IMG/VR virus record: IMGVR_UViG_3300023283_000182
Location: 1 to 41,994 of that record
Length of the DNA stretch: 41,994 bases
Source of the DNA: a virus
Lineage: Duplodnaviria > Caudoviricetes
Reading direction: 5' to 3' (one strand)
Shown: piece by piece, positions 14,777-24,390 of the stretch
How the letters are laid out: every line of letters starts with the position of its first letter
Numbering within the stretch: the first letter of the stretch is position 1
The notes under the pieces: model-generated
What the model was told of the DNA's origin: nothing
Database searches by the model: none
The model's input: only the letters and a program-made list of their open reading frames with translations
Position numbers and translations under genes: made by a program

Positions 14777-16253
14777 CATCGCGGAGCCGCTTGCAGCGCC
14801 GGTCGGGGAGTTCGAAGGAGACGCCTCCTTCGAACCACGTGAAGCCCGATCGGAAGCGCCGGTGGCGATGATTGAACGGCCGACACGTTGGTCGACGATG
14901 CACCTTCATCCGAAGCAGCGAGCATATCTTGATTCCAATGCGCGGCTGAACATCGTGCCGGCGGGGCGGCGAGGCGGGAAGTCTGAGATAGCAAAGCGTC
15001 GTGGGCTCCGGAAAGCGTTTCGGTGTCAGTACCCAGACGGATGGGTCGTGTTCGGCGGACCTACTCATGCGCAGGCGAAGCGCATTTTCTGGAACGACTT
15101 GAAGGCGATGATTCCGCCGGAGTTCATAGCGAGTGACGGTGACATCAGCGAATCTGACCTGAGCATACTTCTCTTTAACGGCTGCTTGGTCCAGGTTCTC
15201 GGCATGGACGTTGCAGAACGTGCCGAGGGTAAGCCGATGGATCATATCGTCTTGGACGAATTCGGCAACGTCAAGGCATCTGTCTGGAGCGAACACGTTC
15301 GACCGATGCTGACCGACCGTTTCGGTACAGCGGATTTCATCGGCGTTCCGGAGGGTCGGAACCACTATTACGAGCTTGATCAGATAGCACGGTCTGATGA
15401 GTCCGGCGAATGGGCTCGTCACCATTGGACAACTGCAGAGGTCCTTCCGCTGTACCTCGGTTTCCGCGCGAAGCGTGAGGTCTGTGTCAGTAAGGAAGAA
15501 GTTGCGGCCTTTGAGGCAAAGGATTGGAAGACACTCGGTCGGCTGCTTGCGGAACGAGAGCTTGAATCGGCTCGCCGGAGCATGGATCTCCTCACCTTTC
15601 AGCAGGAGTACGAAGCGTCGTTCGTTTCTTTCGTCGGGCAAGCATACTACCAGTTCTCCGAAGCGAACATCGGCGAGCCCCCGTACGTTCGAGGGGATCC
15701 TCTACGGTTTTCTTTCGACTTCAACGTTAATCCCGGGACGGCGGTCGTCCTGCAGGATTACCCGCTTGTGACGAATGTCATCGGAGAGGTGTATATTGAG
15801 AACGATAGCCGGACGGCGAAGGTCTGTGACAAGCTGATCCTCGATTGGGGGGACCATCCGGGCGATGTTATATGCTACGGCGATGCGACCGGCGGCGCGC
15901 GGAAGTCAGCAGCAGCCGGCTCTGATTGGGACATTGTTCGTGATAGATTGAAGTCGGTCTTTGGTTCGCGCTTGAAGTTCCGAGTTCCGGCGAATAATCC
16001 ATCAGAGCGCTCACGGGTCAACGCGGTGAACAGCCGCCTGCGATCTATGGACAACGTTCACCACGTCTGTGTTCACAAGAGATGTCGATATCTGATCCGG
16101 GATCTAGAGGGTGTCCGGGTACTCGAGGGGAGCGCTGGAGACATCGAGAAGAAGAAGGATCCAATGCTCACGCATATAAGCGATGCGTTCGGGTACTTCA
16201 TCGCTCATGATCACCCGATCCGGAGAGGCCGGGCCGGAAGCCGCCAGATATAG
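14769..16253 (+). CDS. terL: Terminase large subunit
   Basis: Walker A AGRRGGKSE, Walker B IVLDE, FQQEYEASF, nuclease FDFN and HISDAFGY. Start is ATG 14769 or TTG 14754. Confidence 0.95.
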   Translation: MIDIAEPLAAPVGEFEGDASFEPREARSEAPVAMIERPTRWSTMHLHPKQRAYLDSNARLNIVPAGRRGGKSEIAKRRGLRKAFRCQYPDGWVVFGGPTHAQAKRIFWNDLKAMIPPEFIASDGDISESDLSILLFNGCLVQVLGMDVAERAEGKPMDHIVLDEFGNVKASVWSEHVRPMLTDRFGTADFIGVPEGRNHYYELDQIARSDESGEWARHHWTTAEVLPLYLGFRAKREVCVSKEEVAAFEAKDWKTLGRLLAERELESARRSMDLLTFQQEYEASFVSFVGQAYYQFSEANIGEPPYVRGDPLRFSFDFNVNPGTAVVLQDYPLVTNVIGEVYIENDSRTAKVCDKLILDWGDHPGDVICYGDATGGARKSAAAGSDWDIVRDRLKSVFGSRLKFRVPANNPSERSRVNAVNSRLRSMDNVHHVCVHKRCRYLIRDLEGVRVLEGSAGDIEKKKDPMLTHISDAFGYFIAHDHPIRRGRAGSRQI

Positions 16254-16261
16254 GAGATACC

Positions 16262-17119
16262 ATGAAGCCTTTCATCATCACCGCGATCGTCCTTTTCGTG
16301 GCGGTCCCGCTACGTGCCGCCATCTTTACAGGCGTTGAGCCTCCGACTCATGAGATCGGTTCGTCCGATATCTCGTTCAGCCTTGAGGAAGGCGAGCCAG
16401 TCCCCGATCAGGTAATCTGGCAGCTTTGGAACGAGGATCAGGGGGTCATCGCCAGCAAGTTTCAGGGTGATCCTCCGTTCGTTTGGAAGGCTGAAGAACT
16501 CGACGCTGCGCTGAGTGAGGAGGTGGACGTTAGCTTGCAGGTTCTGTTCCGGGACCAGGATGAAAGGATTTTCCACACAGAGAAGCTCGACATTACGATG
16601 GTCCCTGCGAGTAGCGAACCAGCGCCTGAACCAGCGCCCGAGGTTGATGCAGAGGCGATCCTGCTACGGGATGACGAAGTGGCAACGGTCCATCTATTGA
16701 TTCAGAAACATCAGCCGGGCGAAATGGACGTCGCGTTTACCGGGAAGTTTACAGACGAGGACGGAGAGACTGTTATCCTATTCCCCGTCGGTGGAATAAC
16801 GATCGACGACACTGAGTTGGTCGAGAGCTTGGAGTCTATCCGTAGCCGGTTGCGTAATATCGAGGACAAGCTCGGTGAATCTGAGATGATGCCCAAGAGG
16901 CGAAATATCAATACGATCACAGAGCAGGAGCTCTTCGCACTGATGAATACTGCCGGAGTCTGGCAACCGAGGAGTAAGGCTGCCCTTGTCTGGTGGAGCA
17001 TACACCCGGAGGATGGAGACGAATCGCCTGTCCGTAATCGTGACGATCTTCTTGCCATCAAGGGCATCGGTGAGAAGACAGTAGAAGATCTGGAGCCCTA
17101 CATCAAGTATGAGGATTAA
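16262..17119 (+). CDS. Exported acidic protein with C-terminal ComEA-like helix-hairpin-helix domain
   Basis: Signal peptide MKPFIITAIVLFVAVPLRA; NINTITEQEL...DDLLAIKGIGEKTVEDLEPYI. Confidence 0.75.
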   Translation: MKPFIITAIVLFVAVPLRAAIFTGVEPPTHEIGSSDISFSLEEGEPVPDQVIWQLWNEDQGVIASKFQGDPPFVWKAEELDAALSEEVDVSLQVLFRDQDERIFHTEKLDITMVPASSEPAPEPAPEVDAEAILLRDDEVATVHLLIQKHQPGEMDVAFTGKFTDEDGETVILFPVGGITIDDTELVESLESIRSRLRNIEDKLGESEMMPKRRNINTITEQELFALMNTAGVWQPRSKAALVWWSIHPEDGDESPVRNRDDLLAIKGIGEKTVEDLEPYIKYED

Positions 17120-17121
17120 CT

Positions 17122-17715
17122 ATGAGGTACTTCTTCATCGCCGCAGCTTTCCTTCTCGCCGCTGTTCCAGTCTTCGCTCAGAATGCAGCGCCAGATTCGC
17201 CGTACCCAGAGCTTGCCACGATGTCTGGCATCGTCGCTTCCACTGCGCTCGTAGTGGAAGTCCTGAAGCGTCTGTTTCGCAGCGTCCCCGCGTTTAGGAT
17301 GGTCCCGATTTGGGTCTATGCGATGATCGTGTCTACCGGCCTTGTACTGTTGGCGCGATTCGGGCTGAGGACGATGGAGGGTGACATCGGTCCGATGGTG
17401 TGGAAGGCCGCTTTGCTCGCGGCGTCTTCGTCTGGGTTCTTTACCTGGCTCCGCAAACCCGAAGCGTCACCGAAGAACGTTGCGCCGATGCTGCTCCTTC
17501 CGTGCATCTTGATGGTGGGGTGCGCCGATAAAGCGTTCCTTCACGCCGCTGACGCTTACCATAAGTCCACCGAGTCCTGGCTCACGTCTGTTGAGAAGGA
17601 CCCGGATCTAACCGAAGAAGAAAAGGATCTCCGACGTGAGAATTGGGAGGTTCACGGCCGACTGATTGAGGCGAAGAAGGAATCTGATGCTACGGTTCCG
17701 CTGTTCAACCCCTAA
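17122..17715 (+). CDS. Multi-pass membrane protein (holin-like) with an internal lipobox-like segment
   Basis: Signal-like N-terminus, about three further hydrophobic segments, then LLLPCILMVG-C. Confidence 0.6.
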   Translation: MRYFFIAAAFLLAAVPVFAQNAAPDSPYPELATMSGIVASTALVVEVLKRLFRSVPAFRMVPIWVYAMIVSTGLVLLARFGLRTMEGDIGPMVWKAALLAASSSGFFTWLRKPEASPKNVAPMLLLPCILMVGCADKAFLHAADAYHKSTESWLTSVEKDPDLTEEEKDLRRENWEVHGRLIEAKKESDATVPLFNP

Positions 17716-17727
17716 CCTGGAGCTCCT

Positions 17728-18018
17728 ATGTCATTCGAGAGCATGGTAGAAGAACTGAAAGCCGAGTTCCAAGAAGAACTCGACCGCGTGAATTCTGAGA
17801 CCCGCGTCAAGCTTGAGGACGTCATACAGCGCATCACCAGTGAAAGCGTCAACTTGCTCACGTCCGGTGATCAGAGACACGCGGAGAACATCAAGCAACT
17901 GAACTCAATCGGAGCGTCTCTGGTTGCCATGGAGGTGGTTCAGTTTCAAGCGAAGGTGCGCGATGGGTTCAGGCGCGCTGCTCAAGTAGCAGTCTCTACT
18001 GCTCTCGCTGCTCTGTGA
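17728..18018 (+). CDS. Hypothetical helical protein
   Basis: GGAG SD; compact 96 aa ORF within the operon. Confidence 0.75.
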   Translation: MSFESMVEELKAEFQEELDRVNSETRVKLEDVIQRITSESVNLLTSGDQRHAENIKQLNSIGASLVAMEVVQFQAKVRDGFRRAAQVAVSTALAAL

Positions 18019-18036
18019 ACCGAGGAGAAATCCTCA

Positions 18037-18549
18037 ATGGCAAAGGCCACAAAACGTGCAACTACGCGCTCTACATCTAGTTTTCGCGATGAACAAGATA
18101 ACTTCGAAGTTCGCATTACGCGACTCGAAGAAGGGCTCACTAACCTCACTGACCTCGTCGTCAAGCATGTCGAGCAAGCCGACGAACGCGCTCAGCGAGA
18201 GGACGATCGGAACCGAGAACGGCACGAGGAATTACGAAGAAGCATTGCGGAGACTGGAAAGCAAGATCCAGCGCGGCTGAGGTGGATCGTAGGCTTAATC
18301 GCGACAATCGGGCTCGCGGTCTCGGGCATCCTCGTCACGGTCACGCTTGCAGGCGTGGCGGGGATGCTCTGGACAAACCGAAACGTGAGTATCAATACTA
18401 TCAAGAGTGAGATGCTTGAACAGGGGATCAACCATGCTGAAGAGAAGGCGGAGATCTGGGGCGACCGCTTGCGTGAGCAGGAGGCGGTGATTGACGAATT
18501 GGTTGAATTCCGTGGGTACGTGAAAGGGCGCGAAGATGCCTACGACTGA
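18037..18549 (+). CDS. Coiled-coil protein with a central transmembrane segment
   Basis: GAGGAG SD; hydrophobic stretch WIVGLIATIGLAVSGILVTVTLAGVAGMLW. Confidence 0.75.
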   Translation: MAKATKRATTRSTSSFRDEQDNFEVRITRLEEGLTNLTDLVVKHVEQADERAQREDDRNRERHEELRRSIAETGKQDPARLRWIVGLIATIGLAVSGILVTVTLAGVAGMLWTNRNVSINTIKSEMLEQGINHAEEKAEIWGDRLREQEAVIDELVEFRGYVKGREDAYD

Positions 18550-19948
18550 AAAAGAAAGCGTCCGAACTCCGAGCGTGGCCTACCGCAGGATGAACGAGAC
18601 GTGGAAGCTTCATCATGCCCTCCACGGAGGGACTCCGGCTATGCGGAACGCGGGAGAGGAGTATCTACCGCGAGAAGACAAAGAAGAGCCTTTGCGATAC
18701 AAGGCTCGTCTTGCTCGATCGGTTCTGTACTCCGCTCTCAGCGATACCGTCGATAAGTTGACTGCGAAGCCTTTCAGCCGACCTATTGTTGTAGAATCTG
18801 AGCTCCCCGACCCTCTGAATTCTCTGCTTCCTGATGCGGACGGCACTGGTCGGAGCATCACCAACTTTGCAGCGGACGTATTCTGGGACGCGCTGGCTTA
18901 CGGCAAGAGTCACGTCCTCGTGGATTTCCCCGATGCCTCCGGAGTCCGTACCCTTGCAGAGGAGCGTGATCTCGGGCTTCGGCCAACTTTTACGCATATC
19001 CGGGCAAGAGACCTCATCGGATGGCGGGAAGAGAACAATTCGCTGACACAGATACGTTATGTCCGGTGGGTGATGCGACCGCGAGGCGAGTTCGGAGACC
19101 AGGAGGTGGAGCAGGTCGTCGTCTGGACGCCAGAATGGATCAGCGAATATGAACAGAACAGTGAAGGAAAGTGGGTCCAGGTATCGCAGAAGGCGAACAC
19201 CCTCGGGAAGATCCCCCTCGCTACCCTCTACACGAACCGCGTCGGATTCATGGAATCAGAGCCACCACTGGACGATCTTGCGTGGCTGAACCTCCTGCAC
19301 TGGCAAAGCTCATCTGATCAACGAAACATCCTTCGGTTCGCCCGGATGGGTATCCTCTTTGCGAAAGGATTTACTCAGGAGGAAATAGACGACGGCATCA
19401 CTGTTTCGGTCAACTCTCTGAACTTCAGCACTCGGGCAGACTCAGACCTGAAGTGGGTAGAGCACCGGGGAACGGCGATCGAAGCAGGCGCTAAAGATCT
19501 CCGTGAATTGGAAGAACGGATGGAGGTCTTGGGGCTGCAACCTCTGATTGAACGATCATCGCATACGACGGCGACGGGGATGGCGATTAATGAAAACAAG
19601 GCTCACACGTCTATCCAGGCTTGGATCACCAGTGCAGAAGCCCTGATCCGCCTTGCCTTTGAGTACGCGGCGGATTGGTCCGCAGTCCAGCTCCCCGAGG
19701 ATGCAAAGTTCGACATCTTCAGCGACTTCGGCATCTCTGTCCGTGCGGCGAACAACGTTGCTCACCTAATTGCGGCAAGGAAGGCCAGAGAGATCACCCG
19801 CGAGACCTTTCTGCAAGAGTTGAAGCGGTACGCAGTCCTAGACGAGAGCCTGGACGTGGGCCTAGAAGCCGAACGTCTGGACGAGGAGGGGTCAGATCTT
19901 AGCTTTGCGGGAGTACCGGTCGATGACCAAGGGATCGACGAAGAGTAA
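18536..19948 (+). CDS. Portal protein (DUF4055 family)
   Basis: GGTPAMR.AGEEYLPR...Y.ARL, YGKSHVLVDFP, PPLDDLA.LNL.HWQ.SSD; lies downstream of terL. Confidence 0.9.
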   Translation: MPTTEKESVRTPSVAYRRMNETWKLHHALHGGTPAMRNAGEEYLPREDKEEPLRYKARLARSVLYSALSDTVDKLTAKPFSRPIVVESELPDPLNSLLPDADGTGRSITNFAADVFWDALAYGKSHVLVDFPDASGVRTLAEERDLGLRPTFTHIRARDLIGWREENNSLTQIRYVRWVMRPRGEFGDQEVEQVVVWTPEWISEYEQNSEGKWVQVSQKANTLGKIPLATLYTNRVGFMESEPPLDDLAWLNLLHWQSSSDQRNILRFARMGILFAKGFTQEEIDDGITVSVNSLNFSTRADSDLKWVEHRGTAIEAGAKDLRELEERMEVLGLQPLIERSSHTTATGMAINENKAHTSIQAWITSAEALIRLAFEYAADWSAVQLPEDAKFDIFSDFGISVRAANNVAHLIAARKAREITRETFLQELKRYAVLDESLDVGLEAERLDEEGSDLSFAGVPVDDQGIDEE

Positions 19949-20135
19949 GTACCGTGCCGAAATCCGGTGGATCGATGCCGCCGGGTTCAGCCAGTGGCAG
20001 GAAGTGACTTCCTCGGAATACGCGTCACTCCGGAGCAGGGTCCGAGCGGAATGCAAAGACATCGCTTCGCTGAACGGGAAGGTGCATAACGTAAAGTACG
20101 GTCCGCACGATGTCAAGAGGAACGCTGAATCCTGA
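19905..20135 (+). CDS. Possible small hypothetical protein
   Basis: Fills the 160-bp gap between portal and MuF, but has a weak TTG start and overlaps both. Confidence 0.3.
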   Translation: MREYRSMTKGSTKSKYRAEIRWIDAAGFSQWQEVTSSEYASLRSRVRAECKDIASLNGKVHNVKYGPHDVKRNAES

Positions 20136-23100
20136 TATCTTCACCTCCACCGGAGGCACGGCTAATGAAGCGCTCGTGGATTCCGCGATCAAGCACGCGG
20201 TTAACCTCGAGCGGTTCAAGAATGGCGAAGTCGCCGGCGTTATGCGGATTTTGAACGAGCAGGTCATTCCGGACCTCGCCTCTCAAATACAAGCAGAGCT
20301 CTCTCAGATCAGCGGTACAGGGAGCGTTCCGAAGAAGGTCGCCCGGTTGCAGAAGAAAGCGGCGGCGATCAAGGGGACCATGATCACCGGGTTGAAGAAA
20401 GTTTCTGACGACAAGCTGAAAAAGAGCCTCAGTGCTTTCGCGACTACTGAATCCGAGTGGCAATCGCGAATACTCAAGAAGTCAACCGGCCCGCTTGCGA
20501 TATCCTTCACTCAGCCGTCTCCGGCGACCCTAAGATCTCTTCTTACGAGTCAGCCGTTCCGTGGGCGGCTCTACGGCGAATGGTGGTCCGGACTTGCAGA
20601 AGGGACGGCTACAGAGGTTTCCAGGCAACTGAATATCGGTGTTACGCTGGGCGAAAATAATGATCAGATCATGCGCCGGATCATCGGGACAAAGTCTGTT
20701 CCCGGCGGAACGATGCAGCAGCTGAGGCGGAACGCACGAACACTTGTCCAGACCTCGACGAACCACGTTTCTTCGCAGGCACGTAACGAGGTCTTCAAGC
20801 AGAATATGGACGTCATTAAGGCGGTTCAATATGTCGCAACACTCGATGCTCGAACCACTGATATCTGCATGTCTCTGGATGGACGAACTTTCGAGGTCGG
20901 TACGTCGCATCCGACGCCACCGATGCACCATAAATGCCGATCCACGATTGTTCCCGTGTTGAAGAGCTGGAAGGAACTTGGGATCGATTTGAAGGAGGCC
21001 CCGGAGGGGACCCGCGCATCAATGGACGGGCAGGTCCCGGCAAAGATCACGTACGGGGAATGGCTGAAGAAACAACCGAAGAAGATCCAAGAAGAAGCTC
21101 TCGGTGTACGGAAAGCAGCGCTATTCCGCGAGGGGAAGATCACGGTCCGTGGTCTCGTAGATCAGAATAACAAGAGCCTGACCCTGAAGCAGCTTCGCAA
21201 GAAGGCCGGGCTGCCCGTCTCGCCGGAAGCGAATGCGGTTTCGTCTCCGCTCCCGGTGCCAAAGCCCCCTCGGGTCGAAGGACAGAAAGTTTCGCCTGAG
21301 CAATTCGAAGATATCGAGTCCCGCGTAACTCTGTTCAAAGAGAACGTATTAGACGGGGGAAAGGCGAATGCTTCTCTGCGCGCTGCGGGATGGGATGGTT
21401 CAAGCACACGAGTCATCAGTGGTTCTTCGAATCTCAAGGTACCGGATGAGGTTGTTGCATCAAATCCGCCCGTGCAGACTTTTGTCGTGACGACCACCAC
21501 AACGGACGATGCCTTGAGGATTTCGGATGCCCTGCTTGACTTTAATCTCAGGAACGTCGATCCTGCAATCACCAAGAAGAAGCTTCTCGAGGCGGGTTGG
21601 GACGGAAAGAGTGTCGCGATATCGCTCAAGAGTCCACAAGGCGCGGTGTTGAAGTTGATCCCGGACGACGTGATCCTCGCCAAGAAACCGAAGGTTGCGC
21701 CGAGGCCTGCGACGGCGGGGGCGAAGATTGAAGGGGAGAAGGCGCTTGTCCCGGTTGCCGCATTGGATGAAGCAGATGTCCTGATTTCAGAGTTCAGTGA
21801 GCTTTCCTCGAGTAACAAGAAAGAGATCATTACTGCGCTGAACAGCAAGGCGGGTGTGAAAGTCGTGGACCCCGGGAGTGGTAAATTCCTGGTGTCTGTT
21901 CTTGTTGATAAAGACGGCGGCTCTGATCAGGTTGTAGTACCGAAGCAACTGATAAAGGGCGCGAAGAAACTCCCCAAGGGGGCCGTCGTGGTGCCGGCTG
22001 ATACAGTGGATGCTCTGCAAGATATTTTCGAGTCCCGGACGCCGATGGGTAGTTCCGATGCGTCGCTGGTGAACGCAAACGTCGGAAAGAAGATCATCCT
22101 CCCTGACGGCAAATTCACGGTCGGTACTCGTATCATCGTAAACGCTGAGACCGGGGAGGAGATCCGGATCCCGGAAGCGTACCAGATAAATCCCAAGAAG
22201 AAACGGCTCCCGAAGCCGCCGGTCAAGAAGGATCTGAAATTCGGGGGTGTCATTCCGAGCGATGTCTTGGACCTAGCGAAGCAGATTCATCAAGATACCG
22301 TGAACGCTTTTAAGGGAATCGGCGGAAAAATTGCCAGTGCGGATGACATCGCTCGGATTAACTCACGTGCGGGAAAGAAAGTCCTGGATGAGAACGGGTA
22401 TTGGGCCGGTCGGTTCCGCAGAAGCAAGAAAAGCCGCAAGTCCACGTTCAAAGACCCCGAACCCACAGGACCGGTCCCTGACCCGTTTCCGAACGAAGCA
22501 AGTTTCCCAGAGGATGGTCTGAACCTCCGCAAAGTCCAGGACCTTGGCGGTTCCACAGGAGCCAAACTGGTCGAGGACTCTTCCGGCAAGCGATGGGTCC
22601 GCAAGTACGGCGCAAACGAGGAGCAGCTTAGAGAGGAGTTCCTGACCGAGGAACTCTACCGACTTGCAGGGATCCGTGTTCCGCCGTCACGTCTCTACAA
22701 GGATGCCGGTGATCAAACCTTTAAGCTAAGTGAGTTCGTCGAAGGGAAGACAATCGGCGAGCTTTCGGGCGAAGCGAGGGAAACAGCGTTCAAGGAAGCG
22801 CAGAAAGGTTACGTCGCGGATGCGGTATTCGCGAACTGGGATTCCGCCGGTCTCTCCGGAGACAACATGCTCGTTGATGCCGCCGGACGGGTGTGGCGCA
22901 TTGATGTCGGTGGGTCTCTGAGGTTCAGGGCTCAGGGTACTCCAAAAGGTGATACGTTTGATCGGTTCCCCATCGAGATCTGGAGCCTCCAGAAGCCGGA
23001 GCTCTTTCGCTTGCAGGGGAATTTCGGTGTTGAGGTGTTCCAGGGTATGAGTCATACGGATAAAGTCACCCAGATCGAATCTCTCGTGACAATCCGTGCG

Positions 23101-24042
23101 AAAATCCTGAGACAGATCAAGGATGAGGACCTCCGAAATACTGTTGCTCAGCGGATTGATGAGGCAGCGGACGTCGCATCTACGAGTCGTGATTTTCTGC
23201 GAGATCGATTTATCGATAGTTATGTCAGTGAGCTAACCCGGCATCAGATGGGGATCCGGAAAGCCGGAGCAATTGATCGGATTTCAACAATCTTGAAGCC
23301 GAAGGGGGGGTTCGGTACAGAGGCAGCAACCACCTTGGTCGACGATAAGGGGAAGGAGTGGGATCTCATTAGCGGCGAGGGGAGTTCGACTGAAGTAGTA
23401 ATCGATTATATCAATTCTGAGGGAGGAGACTATTCCTTGATATCCTCGTGGCAGCAAGCTCAGGGGGGTAGTAGCTGGATGCCTGCTGCGAGAGCCGCGA
23501 AGTGGTTCTGGGCCTCGAAGACGGGAGACACGGATCAGTTTTATTGGATGTCGGGATGGGGGGAGGAAGGAAAAGAGGCATCTAAGGCTGTGTTTGAAGA
23601 GAGAGTTCGATCATTCGGGAAGCAAACGGTTGAGACATCTTTTACAGCGTGGCACGCTTATACCCACGAGCTCTTGAAGAAAGTGAAGCTCCCATTCGGT
23701 AGTCGTTCACAGAAGACGATCCGACTTCTTAGAACAGAGAAAGAAAGTGTTCTGCGCGAATATGATATGCTTCGAGAACGCTCAGGCGGGAGAATCACGA
23801 GGGGTGCATGTGAGTCTTGCTCCTTAGTTCGTACGATTGCGATATACGGTACCAAGGAGTTTGTCACTGTTCAGGAGGTGCCTCACACACGAGTCTTCGG
23901 GACGTGGTTCCAGGGGCGGAGAATCGGAGGCGTGTGGAAATCGACGTTCTTGAGCTCAAAGGAAAACGAAATAACGGCGATGCTTCGAGATTTAGATGTA
24001 ACTACGGTGAAGCAGGTGGAGTGGAATGATACAAGTGACTAA
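20110..24042 (+). CDS. MuF/SPP1 gp7 minor head protein fused to repeats, an atypical kinase-like domain and an ADP-ribosyltransferase-like domain
   Basis: MuF: YVATLDARTTDICMSLDG...PPMHHKCRS. Kinase-like: LGGSTGA..WVRK..E..ANWD..DN..RIDVG. ART-like: LLR...ESCS...ENE. Confidence 0.88.
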   Translation: MSRGTLNPDIFTSTGGTANEALVDSAIKHAVNLERFKNGEVAGVMRILNEQVIPDLASQIQAELSQISGTGSVPKKVARLQKKAAAIKGTMITGLKKVSDDKLKKSLSAFATTESEWQSRILKKSTGPLAISFTQPSPATLRSLLTSQPFRGRLYGEWWSGLAEGTATEVSRQLNIGVTLGENNDQIMRRIIGTKSVPGGTMQQLRRNARTLVQTSTNHVSSQARNEVFKQNMDVIKAVQYVATLDARTTDICMSLDGRTFEVGTSHPTPPMHHKCRSTIVPVLKSWKELGIDLKEAPEGTRASMDGQVPAKITYGEWLKKQPKKIQEEALGVRKAALFREGKITVRGLVDQNNKSLTLKQLRKKAGLPVSPEANAVSSPLPVPKPPRVEGQKVSPEQFEDIESRVTLFKENVLDGGKANASLRAAGWDGSSTRVISGSSNLKVPDEVVASNPPVQTFVVTTTTTDDALRISDALLDFNLRNVDPAITKKKLLEAGWDGKSVAISLKSPQGAVLKLIPDDVILAKKPKVAPRPATAGAKIEGEKALVPVAALDEADVLISEFSELSSSNKKEIITALNSKAGVKVVDPGSGKFLVSVLVDKDGGSDQVVVPKQLIKGAKKLPKGAVVVPADTVDALQDIFESRTPMGSSDASLVNANVGKKIILPDGKFTVGTRIIVNAETGEEIRIPEAYQINPKKKRLPKPPVKKDLKFGGVIPSDVLDLAKQIHQDTVNAFKGIGGKIASADDIARINSRAGKKVLDENGYWAGRFRRSKKSRKSTFKDPEPTGPVPDPFPNEASFPEDGLNLRKVQDLGGSTGAKLVEDSSGKRWVRKYGANEEQLREEFLTEELYRLAGIRVPPSRLYKDAGDQTFKLSEFVEGKTIGELSGEARETAFKEAQKGYVADAVFANWDSAGLSGDNMLVDAAGRVWRIDVGGSLRFRAQGTPKGDTFDRFPIEIWSLQKPELFRLQGNFGVEVFQGMSHTDKVTQIESLVTIRAKILRQIKDEDLRNTVAQRIDEAADVASTSRDFLRDRFIDSYVSELTRHQMGIRKAGAIDRISTILKPKGGFGTEAATTLVDDKGKEWDLISGEGSSTEVVIDYINSEGGDYSLISSWQQAQGGSSWMPAARAAKWFWASKTGDTDQFYWMSGWGEEGKEASKAVFEERVRSFGKQTVETSFTAWHAYTHELLKKVKLPFGSRSQKTIRLLRTEKESVLREYDMLRERSGGRITRGACESCSLVRTIAIYGTKEFVTVQEVPHTRVFGTWFQGRRIGGVWKSTFLSSKENEITAMLRDLDVTTVKQVEWNDTSD

Positions 24043-24253
24043 CGAATTCGAGTGGGTTGATAAGGACGGGTATTCGTTCCTCGTTGTCCAGGATGAGGAG
24101 GGCGAATTTCTCACGCTTCCCGCGGAACAAAAGCCAGAGCTTTTGAGCGAGGGGAAGATCTTCGTTTTTGAGCGAGGCCTTTTGCAGGATCGGCCTCTCA
24201 CGGATCGCTTTTTATCATGGCGGTCTGGTGAGAGAACCGTCGCTACCGGTTAG
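24026..24253 (+). CDS. Small acidic protein coupled to the MuF fusion (candidate immunity/partner)
   Basis: GGAG SD, 17-bp overlap with the MuF gene end, 75 aa. Confidence 0.6.
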   Translation: MIQVTNEFEWVDKDGYSFLVVQDEEGEFLTLPAEQKPELLSEGKIFVFERGLLQDRPLTDRFLSWRSGERTVATG

Positions 24254-24390
24254 GACGAAACATCGGTTTCGCGCGCGTGAAAAACCGCATAAACTTTGTT
24301 TGGTGATAAGCGGGATGCTGAGCATACGGCGGGATGTCGGATGCGAACACCTGAATCGAGTTCGGCGAGAAGCCGGAAAGGATGAATGCG

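Noticed and set aside
24254-24390. ncRNA or tRNA in the gap before the scaffold gene
   Set aside because: Only a weak imperfect hairpin is visible, with no cloverleaf or recognisable motif. It may hold a promoter but I cannot support one.
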